This document shows positions 1 to 10,500 of a DNA stretch of 24,045 nucleotides, one piece after another. Every line of letters starts with the position of its first letter. Positions within the stretch are counted from its first letter, which is position 1. This DNA comes from a virus. Lineage: Duplodnaviria > Caudoviricetes. The notes under the pieces were generated by a model. That model worked only from the letters and a program-made list of their open reading frames with translations. It searched no databases and was not told the origin of the DNA. The stretch lies in the IMG/VR virus record IMGVR_UViG_3300017747_002283, positions 1 to 24,045 of that record; one strand, given 5' to 3'. The position numbers and the translations under genes are program-made.

Positions 1-2
1 AC

Positions 3-809
3 GAGGAAGTAGCCTCTATAACGGGAGGATGGCGTAATGGAGAGTTAATCATCATCGGTGGAAGACCTTCTATGGGTAAGTCTAGTCTTGGTTTGCAATA
101 CGCTTGGAACGCCGCTCGTTACATGCGTAATCTAGATGAGAAGGTCGGCGTATTGATCGTGAGTGCTGAGATGTCCAAGGATATGGTTACAGCACGTATG
201 TTGTCGATCTACAGTGAAGTAGACAGCCAAGTTATTCAGACTAAGAAGCTGAATAACTACCAGAAGGATAAGTTACAGGTTGTAGCTCAGGAGGCTAAGT
301 CACTTCATGTTAGGATTGTCGCAGATAAAACTGTCACCCTTGGAGGAATCCGTGACGCAATTAGAGATACCCAAAAATCATTTAATGTTGGCTTGGTGGT
401 TGTTGATTACTTACAGATGATTGCAATGCCTTCATCCTACAAGTCTGAAAACAGGACACGTGACATCGGTGTTATCAGTCGTGGGTTGAAGGATATCGCT
501 CGTGAGTATCAATGTCCTGTCATTGCACTGTCTAGCCTATCGAGGGCTGTAGAGCAACGGCAGGACAAGCGACCAATGATGTCAGACTTGAGAGAGTCTG
601 GAGATATCGAGTCCGATGCTGATGTCATACAGTTCATCTATCGTGCTGGCTACTATGAGCGTAGTCAGGATGGCGAGCAGGATGACGAGGATAAGGCAGA
701 GATCATCACAGCAAAAAATAGGAACGGAAGAACTGGTATCAGTCTCCTTACATTCCAAACCAAATTTGCTCGCTTCAGTGAGTTTAGCTTAGGTGCTTTT
801 GACCTTTAG
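3..809 (+). CDS. dnaB: Replicative DNA helicase, DnaB family (SF4); C-terminal RecA-like domain, 5' truncated by the window edge
   Basis: The frame is open from base 3 (EEVASITGGWRNGELIIIGGRPSMGKS), so the ORF-track start at 72 lies inside Walker A. Motifs present: GGRPSMGKS (Walker A), SAEM (SxEM), VVVDYLQ (Walker B), ISRGLKDIARE..PVIALS, RPMMSDLRESG.IE.DAD and AKNRNG (Lys/Arg finger). Ends at TAG 807-809. Confidence 0.95.
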   Translation, partial: EEVASITGGWRNGELIIIGGRPSMGKSSLGLQYAWNAARYMRNLDEKVGVLIVSAEMSKDMVTARMLSIYSEVDSQVIQTKKLNNYQKDKLQVVAQEAKSLHVRIVADKTVTLGGIRDAIRDTQKSFNVGLVVVDYLQMIAMPSSYKSENRTRDIGVISRGLKDIAREYQCPVIALSSLSRAVEQRQDKRPMMSDLRESGDIESDADVIQFIYRAGYYERSQDGEQDDEDKAEIITAKNRNGRTGISLLTFQTKFARFSEFSLGAFDL

Positions 810-1568
810 GTAAACTTTCTTCTGATCACTGTTGGCAATGCAATCAAGATTAAAACTACGAGCAATATCTCGTACGGCTGCATATGCGACACCATCTCGT
901 ACAACACATTGAAGGGCCAGTGGTTTACCATTGTAAACTGGCCCGTCTTCCCAAGCCAATGTATCGTCAGACCCAGCAACAAGCCTGACAAACTCCCGGA
1001 CAGGAGCGAACGTGCGTCCATTCTGCAGAAATGCATTGATGTGTTTGTCTCCGTAAACAATCTTCCAATCAGTGCCCTCGACTATCAAGCCCCAAGGATT
1101 GATGAAAAACACATTGTCACGATTACGACCAGCAAAAACATTCTCTCGTTTAGCAACCATAAAACCATTACGGCTACCATTGTTATTACTGTTACCCTCG
1201 ATGGAGATCAAGGTTCCGGATTCAGAGTAACCTGCGACAATACCGATGTGATAAGCATCGTTGTTAGAAACCAGAAGAACAAGGTCACCCGGTCTACCCT
1301 TAGTCGATAAGGATTTATGCTTTTTAGCACTAGCAAGCCAAACATCACAGTCGGCACTAATGCAAAGAGGCTAATCATATCCAGTCTGCACCTCCCATTC
1401 TAATGCAACACCACTTACAAATGACGCACACCAAAAGCTACCAATTGGTGCATGAGCATTCATATTCCAGCGATCTATCAGCGGACCGCGATTGCTACCA
1501 ACAGGGCTTTCTGTCACACCAATATACTTATTGGCGATATCAAGAAACGTCTCAGTTAATCCACTCAT
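789..1568 (-). CDS. Endolysin with an N-terminal CHAP peptidase/amidase domain and a C-terminal copper-amine-oxidase-N-like (stalk) domain; one in-frame TAG at 1373-1371 (readthrough or pseudogene)
   Basis: ORF-track fragments 1371..1586 and 789..1211 share a frame and join through GYD*PLCISADCDVWLASAKKHKSLSTKGRPGDLVLLVSNNDAYHIGIVAGYSESGTLISIEGNSN. CHAP motifs: YIGVTE, SNRGP.ID, WCASFV (Cys 1430-1428), PGDLV, HIGIV (His 1250-1248), IEGN. ATG at 1568 overlaps the TGA of the giant gene (ATGA). The C-terminus has two NGRTFAPVREF / DGVAYAAVRDI motifs. Ends TAA. Confidence 0.85.
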
Positions 1569-4500
1569 TGTTTTCGTCCATGCCACAACATATCAATGGA
1601 AGCACCAAAGTCTAATCCGTTAAACGTTTCTCGCATATTCGGATACTCAGATGTTTCTTCATATTCCTTGATGAGTTTACGACGTGAAGAACTACCCTCA
1701 CGAACATTCAACCATTCTTCATATGACTCGTCGTATTCCTTTGCTCCAGAACCAGCAAAGTTGATTGCCCACTTGAATAAATCAAGAGCAACATCCTCTT
1801 CCGTCAGTTCAACATTTTCACCGCTGACTAATCGCTTATGCTGCTTGGTTTCAATATCTTGCAACATATCTCTGAAAGTAACGTTACTTACAGAGTTAAG
1901 CACAAAGTTAGACAACTCATCTGGAGTAATCTCCATAAAAAACCGCCTTGGGTCACCTTCAGGTAATCCGTCAATGGTTTTCTGTCGCCACATTCGATAT
2001 GCCTCATTGGAAGCAAACGCATCCTGTCCACCGTACGTTTTTCCAGTTTGAGCCATTCTAGCAGTCTGGATAATTGGAGCAAGCTGATTCGTCACGAACT
2101 GCTTAAACGTCCAGTCAGGTAAGTCTCGCCACGATGATCCATCTTGGCTAAACAACACTTTGAAGAAATGTTCGGTTTGACGCAGAGACCTACCAGTAGC
2201 ACCCGGCATGGTCATCTGGTACTTCTTACCCCATGGTGTGGATATCTTCATAAATCCACTGTCGTACACAAAGTTATCAAACAACAGTTTGATGCCTTCT
2301 TCTTTTTGTTCGTCATCTCCTGATCGAATACCATTGATTGCAGCCATCATTGCAGGAATGATTACTGGCATGTTTGTCATGGTCTTAAGTGCCATAGAAC
2401 TTGCGTAGGCTTGGGCAACACGTTTAACAATATGTCGTCGCACACCAGCATCCCATCCATCAGGCCCTACGCCGTATAAACTACGTTCCAACTTTACATT
2501 GGCAACTTCTCTTCCTAACACCTTAGAAGACAGTGCGTTAGCTCCGGACTTTAATGCAAAAATCGTGTATCCAAGTAATGGGTTTAACAACATACGACTA
2601 CGTGCGTAACGTGATGAGATAAACAAACTTGAAACAGCTTTTTGTAAAAGTGCAAGTGACTTCACATCACTGTAATGACCAGATTGATTACCAACTAAAA
2701 GATTGGTTGCTTCAGCATATTGACGACGTAGATTTTCTCGATAGTTGAGAATGCTCTGCGAGTCATTAGCTGGAAGAGCTTCACCTCTTGCGCTACGCTT
2801 GTTCCCAGTAGGCACAGCGTTCTGCGTTAACATCCACATACGCTGAAAGTCAATCAATGAGCCTAAATCCTTGTAAAAGACGTTAGCTCGTTCAATAGGT
2901 GCTAAATGTGGAACAATCCTTTGAGCAACTTTAGTGTCACCGTAGTAATCGCTAAGCCTGTAATTTAAAGGGACATCCTCCTTGGCCATATCTGGATTAT
3001 TAATCAGTGCGTTCTTCCACTCTTTGTGCCATTTAAGATACTCAAGGTTAAGTCCGTAATCTTCCAACATCTCCAAAGTCAAGCCCGGAGTTTCTGCTAA
3101 CACTCGTTCCATTTCTAGATGGACGTAGTTATCACCCCACGAACTTAACGGGATGCCCATATTTCTGACAGTGTCAGCAACACCACCACCCATATTTGGA
3201 ATCATAGAACCTAATGCTCTATACGCCGTTGCTGGCCCCATTGATCTGTGTGTAGGTTTAGCCAAGTGCTCAACCATAGTCAATGGGTTTACAACCATCC
3301 ATGACTGGTTAGATGCAACTCCAAGGTCACCACCAAGTTGCAAATATCGCGCAGCTCCACTAACTTCATTCCAGAGGTTTCCTACAAATCCTAAAAAGCC
3401 GTGAACTCCGGCCATGTTAATGCCACCACGCATCTGGTATACACCACGTTCATCGGCATCAATTTCAACCTGATCAGGCTTTAATGATGGGTCTGGTACG
3501 ACTTCAACAGTGTCAGACGTAACGTCATTTGCATTGGCATCAAATCCAGTATTCATTGGAGCTTGAACTTCATCTGCCAACATCATTGGGTCATAACCGT
3601 TAGAGAACAACGAGCGGTTATTCCACATTCCGGGGTCTGCCGATAATGCGTTTTTACCTTGTGGTGTTTCCACATCTTTAAACACATTAGGAGAATCCGG
3701 GGAAGTCTCGTTAAGTAGTTGTTCTCCTGCCAGCAATCGCCTTGCGACGTAAACCTCTACCGGCGCAATTTTTCGGTCGTTATATCCAGCAGCAGTAAAC
3801 ACAAAGTCGTTTAGCGTTCGACGTATTGGAGTAGGTTCATTTCCAACTAAACCTAAATCAGAAATCTTTAACTTGCCATCCGGCATCAACGTTAGTTCCA
3901 AGTGTCTTGGAAGATTATTGTGGTAACGACCAGTAGGATCGTTTTCAATAGCGTCCAACACTTGATCAAAGTTTTCAAACTTAAAGCTGCGTGAGAAACT
4001 ACCACGTGGCTCCAACGGGTCAGTACCCCATGAGTGTGGCAATGGAACTGTAACTACAACCGGCCTGTCGTACTGTTTGCGAGTCTCTAATCCTTGTATA
4101 GCATTAAGGATAACACTAACAGAGTGAACCTTACGTCCATTAGACATAATGGTTGACAGTCGCGTTTTCAATCCGGGAGCCAAGGCTTCTTCTGATCCAA
4201 CACCAGATACACGGTATGGATGTTGTTCATCCGTGCTGTCAAATATCACATCAGTCTTTTTATAGTAGTTGCCTTCCTCGTCTCCTCCAAAGAACAACTG
4301 CTCCGTATCAGATGAACGATTACGCTTGTTGTTAGGCTTCTTCCAATAGTTAGCAACTGCTTCTGTACCAGCAACGCCATTGTGAACATTTCGGCCTAGC
4401 GTATACGTTGCTTCTCCAGTTGTAGGATTGACTCGTTTAAATGCAAACCTAACAGTATTAGTTGCTTGGTCAACTGCCAATAGTAAGTTTCCATCTTGTC

Positions 4501-7500
4501 CGATCTGTGCCTCAGATCGTAAGTCTTGAGAATACTTATTGGCTTTACCACCATGCTTCAATATGACAACTGGATCTTTAGAACCAGCTGGCCACATAAC
4601 ATGCTCAATAGAGTAATCACCATATGTCTTCATGGCACTAGCTCTGCTGTTGATATCTAATGCCATCATGTGAGCAATAGAGGATACGCCAGCATATTCA
4701 TCGCCATGAACATTTTCACCAATGTTCTGCAATACCTTTCCTAAAGGCATGCCCTTTAACGCTGCATATGTCCTAGCAGCATTAACAATCAATGCACGTT
4801 GATTTTGCACGTGTGGCATCATTTGCAAATTACTTAACTGCAAACTAGAGTTGAAGTTTGTAACTCGTGCGCCAACAGCAGTAGATGTCCACGGTGCTTG
4901 AGATCCAGCAAAATCACGCACAATACCAAACATAGTGTCGTTGGAATAAGCAACCTTTGTGTTTCCGGCTTTACTGCCAGCAAGGATCGCTTGCTTTATC
5001 TTTGGTATATGTTTCTTTTCGATACCAGCCTTTGTAAGTGCGGATTCAAATTGCTTGATATCTTGCGACTGCAATAAAGCATTTCCGACAGCATCAGCAA
5101 TGTCATTTGGGTTGTCAAAGTTATTGTTGAAGTAATCGTACAACGCTGCGTTTGAAGCTAATAATGCTTCTGACTCAGGCCTAGCAGTTCCATCTAACGT
5201 AGAGTAGAACATTCCCGGCGCACCCTTGACATTACCATCGCTGGAAACTAAGAACCGGCTAGTAGTGTAAGGAGCGTCATTTGCGTCGTCGTATGGGACG
5301 ATACGCACATCGTCTGCATTTAATGCAAACATAGACCTACGTGCATTGTCTATTCCGTCATCAATTGATTGGCGAACCGCTGCTTGTTCTTGTGGAGTGT
5401 AAGTAGCATCTACCCAATCTAAAACATCAGCGTGAGCTTCTCGGTCGTACTGGTTGATCTTGTTACTAGCATTTAAGCCAGACAACACTCCAGCTTCATA
5501 CTCAATAGTGCCTTCATAAGCATCCATTCCGTGATCGAATGTATCTTCATTCTTAACGGGCATTTCATCAACGTTAGATAGAACTCGAACAGCTCGCTCT
5601 TTTAATTGATCAAAAGATACTTTATCTACACGACCAACCATTGCTGATGCTTTAGCAGATGTTTTTCCCCAAACGTTGTACAAAATCGAGGAAAGGTTTG
5701 AGTTCCAGTTAGGAGCTTGACCAGTGACCATAGCATCTTGAGTAATGTTCTTCCCACGCAATATAAAGTAGTCAGACTTTATATTTGCTTCTTTGCCAAT
5801 GGTAGTTAAATACGCTCGATCAATTACTAACTTATCTACAACCACTCCATTAACAGTATTGGTAGGTATGCCATTTTCAGAGTCAAGTTTAAAATACTTG
5901 ACACCATTGTAGATAGCAGCATGTTTACCTATTAACTCAGCTGGAATAGAAGACAACTCAACCAAGTTACCTCGTACTACAAATGAAGTACTGGATGTAA
6001 TCTTACTAGCACCCGGTATACGAGTACGACCGGCTTCTAAACTAACACGGCTATTTGATCCTTGTAGTGGGTCAGAACGCTTGGCCCCATCTGCGTAGCG
6101 CAATACTGGAATGTCACGAAACAACGTTTTGTTGTTAGCCATAACTAATGACGGCGTATTCAACATAGAGATCGTTGTTTCCAATGGCAATGTTGCGTAC
6201 TGTGTTTGACCTTTTTTTGTTGTACTGACAAACGACGTAAATGGAAGTTGCCATCTATGTTGGTAACCAGTAATGACCTTGCTTTGATCACGAGACACAA
6301 CCCAATCAGCTTGGTTATATCTACCTTGTGACATCATCACTGCTGCAGTACGAGCAAACTCACCTACACGAGCAAATACACCTGTTGCAGATTCGGCAAT
6401 GTCGTAGTTGCTATTAAAAATCGTAGGGGTGTTCATCGCCCCACTCATCAATGTAGTGGCAGCTAATTCATTGACTACAGGACTTGTGTAAAGGAAGTTA
6501 GATGTATCTCCATCCATATCGATCATATTGAAATACTCAAAGTCGTTGAGATTGTTTTGAGCTTCAATCAAATCATCGCCAGTAGCAACTCTGACTGCTT
6601 CCTTTAATTCCGAATACCTTGCGTTCATCTCCTGCTTCATAGCAGTCAACTTAACAAGGGTTCGTCCGACATCAGTATTTGTTTGGCCGGTAATGTCATG
6701 CATCTGCGTAACAAGATTAATAGCAAAATCTAACTTGTCTGCATACGGCAACGTATGAAATACACCATGGAACATTTCGTGCGCCAAACTAGCTACATCA
6801 CGTCCTTCATCACCTTGCCGATTAAGGTGTAGGAGTAAGTTGACTTGAGCACGATTGGATGCACGGTTTTTGTTTTTCTGTGCAGTCATAGACGCAAACG
6901 ATGTTGCAATATTACTTGCAGGAGAGAAGTCGCTTGCCTTTGCTGTACTTACTAAGACACGAGCATTAGTCGTATAGAACTCATGTTGAACTTGAGCGGC
7001 TCGGTGTGTGTATACAAACGTTTCAAGCTTACGTCCATACTCAACATCACCTATACCAGTAAACGCTTCGGTGATGACACTCTTAAATGAATTACCCGTT
7101 TGATAGATCAACGGCTCATTACCATTTACATGGTTAATTAATTCATTGATTACAGCACGACGTTCTGGTGTCGCACCCTTGGCTACTTCTGTAAGCAAAG
7201 ACACTATGTGCTGGTTTGCTGATTCAATATTGCCACTAGCCATCTGGTAGTCAACGTGACGCAATGCATAACCATACGCATGCATGTCGTAAACATCAGC
7301 CAATGAAGCTGCCATTTGATCAACTAATGCCTTCATCTGAGGCGATTGACCATCAACGTTTAAAGCATTGCGGAAGATCAACGTCATGCCATTTTTACCA
7401 TAAGCACTTTGTTGATTTAAGTTGACAACATCTCCAGAAGGAGTCTGTCCATACAACACTGATGAATCAGGCATTCCTTGTAATGGAAGTTTCCATGTTG

Positions 7501-10500
7501 CATTACGGAGAGTTGTTTGACCATATTCATTGAGCCATGTAGACGATTCTTTTACGGCTTCATTAATGGAATCAAATACATCTTGGCTAATAGATGTCGG
7601 CTTTGTAGGAGCTGTTGCATTTAAGTCATAGATTGCGTCAAACGCTGTTTGCAGTTGTTGGATTGGACCTTCTTCAACTTGTCCTACGCCACCTTCTGCA
7701 ACTATTGCTGCACGTTCTTGTGCGTCAGTATTAGTAGCCATCATGTCAGATATGCGACGTAATACAGGGTTAACTGCCATAACCCTTTGACGTACTTCAG
7801 ATGCTGCTTTAGATACGCTTGTTGCAATTGCCTGATCGGCGTTAGGGACATCTTTTACAAGACGTTTAACTATATTTTGAGCAGTATAGTTAACTTCTTC
7901 TGGCCCCTTTGTATTTGCAAGGGATAGTTCATCAGTTGCTCTAGCTCGTGCATTCTCACGATTTTCTGAAGGCAGTTTTTCAATTAATGGATTTAAAATC
8001 TGCATCCAGTCATCGCCGCTCAACTGTGCGCCTTGTAATGCTACACGCCTTGCAGCTGCTTGCACTTGATTGTTAGTGTTAAGGAATTGCTCTAACGTAT
8101 TTTGCTTTACATGCCGAGCTACATCTCCAATAGTTACTTCACTATTAGGGAAGCGCATTCCAGCAAAAAACTCATTGAACTGTTGTTCATTGATGTCTTG
8201 TTTCTTTAAGTTGTTGAAAACATCAATGACAACTGGGTCATCAGCCTTTAGGTTACTAATTGCATCACGTAGGTCAGTCATTGAAACCTTGGGATTGCTT
8301 GACTCAGTACGTGCAGCTTCACCCTTCTTTGCTTCAGCCCGTGCTTTTAATTCACGATAGAACGATTGAGCAGCTGCGTCGTATGAATCAAAACTCATAG
8401 CCTTAGTTGGTCGTCGTCCAACTTCGGGCTTAAATCCCTTTAGTGTTGCATTAATAGATGCAGCAGTAATGCCATCAGGGTTTTGCTTGTTAGCGTTTAG
8501 TAAACGGGTTGCCATAGCCATCTGATCAGCTTGTGACATCCTACTGACCTTAGACCACACTTCCTTACTAACTACACCATTACCAATAAGAAGACTACGC
8601 AACGGAGTAATCGTGTAAGACATTTCCTTAGTGCGCTTGACGATTGCTTCTTTTTGAATAGGGTCAATTAAAATACCTTGAGATTCAAGCCTTTCAATAT
8701 GCTTGTTAATTCGAGACTCAAGCCTTGACCCGGAACGCCAGCCTTGAATGATTTCTAAACTACGAACATTGACGTTGTTAGTTTCAGCACGTGTTGCTGC
8801 ACGACCACTGAAGTGAACAGCAGTATATGCGTCAGACGCAATGTTTACTGGGCGGTCACCAGCATGCCATTCCATAACAGCATCAATCATGTGATTGATT
8901 TTATTGATTGTGTTTAAGTCAGCACCATCAATATCAATCGTCATAATTGCTGACGCTATACGTTCCTTATGCTCTGGTGTTATGTAGTCATCGTTTAGTA
9001 AATTAAGAATAGCATCGTGAGCTAACTGCGGAGTAAGGTCGCGTGTTTTAGCAACAAACGTTACATTGTCACGTACTCCAGCAATAGTTGCATTTTTACG
9101 CAATGTTTCTGTTGCACTACGCAACATTACTTGAGATGTATGATCAGGTGCTAACCCATCAAAGTCTGGAGTTGTGTCAACAACTTCAGTGTCAGTCTTA
9201 GGTGCTTCTGGCTCAATAACAGCAGGACGATTTGGTATAGGTGCATCTAAATCAGCCACAGACGCAAGACGTGTAATGTTCTGTTGGTCATATCCTAGAT
9301 GTGGTTGTATCTCCGGAATAAGTGTTTCTGGGTGAACAAGTACAGTCTTACCGCCTTGCTCTCCTATGATTCCGGGAAGCTGGTTTTCAATCTTTACGTG
9401 TACTCCGTGGTGATCAACATCTACTACTACGCCACGTTGAATCCCCTGTTGTGCAGCACGGCTAACACGACTTGTTTCTCCCTTTTCATTTACAGGAGAT
9501 GCAAATCTAACAACGTCTCCCGGACGTATAGGGGTGTCGGTATAACCGTAGTTGTAATCAACTAGTGTTTCATCGGGTGTTCCAGTACGTGATTCTTTTG
9601 CAAGAAACTCATGTACGATATCTTCGTACTTCTGGTCAACTTTATCTAAGTCGTCACCACGCTGTCGCGCTTCAGCTAAATCACGTTGGTAATCATTAAT
9701 GATTCCACGTAATTTTTTGCGGTCACCTGCATTAATTAAAACTTTGCGCTCACCACCTTGAGTGCCAGTCAAATTAATGTCAATGAAATTTACTTCTGAA
9801 TCAGGTTTAGCTGCAAGCCTAGCTTGTTGTAAAGGTGATTCAGAATAAGCAGTTCCTGCGTATGTACCTTGACGAATTTCAGTAGGAGGTAAAACTTCCG
9901 ATCGTGGATTTGGATCAGATAATTTAGGGACTTTAATTATTCCACCAGTTGGCAATTGATAGGTATTAAAACCAGAATCTGGAACTCCAATTCGTGGTCT
10001 ATCCGAGTGAATTAAACGTGCAGGAATAGTTCCTTTTGCACCTTCGGTTGTGCTTGCGCCAGTGTAAACAACGGAAGGGAATTCACTACGGTCAACGTTA
10101 GCAAATGACGTATCAGAATAAGTAATGCCACGACCTTCGTTTTGCATAGAAGGTACACCAAATGCTTCAGCAACAGTATCTAACTGAGTTGTAATTCCAT
10201 CTCGTACACTTTCTGGTGCTGTACGCATGATTTCATTACGACTAGCCGTATACGTTACACGTGGCCCACCATCACCCATACCAGCGACAGAACGCTCTAC
10301 AATAAAACCACCACGGTCGAAACCACGAACTACATACTCGTACACACGATCTCGCAATCGTTGTGTCCAAGATATGCGAGCCATATCTTCCTTATTAAAA
10401 CGATCAATACCAGACATGTAACTCTCACGAGGTAATGCAGCAGAAGTAACTTCCATTGACTCTGGTGTGAGTGTGTGAGTTGTTGGCGATGACGTATCGT

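Noticed and set aside
3-809. Intein in DnaB
   Set aside because: The Walker A region and the later motifs are contiguous with normal spacing, and there is no C/S...HN splice signature.
789-1586. ORF-track calls 789..1211 and 1371..1586 as two separate genes
   Set aside because: They are halves of one CHAP endolysin frame. The TTG at 1211 lies after the catalytic His, and the ATG at 1568 (ATGA overlap) is a better start than 1586.
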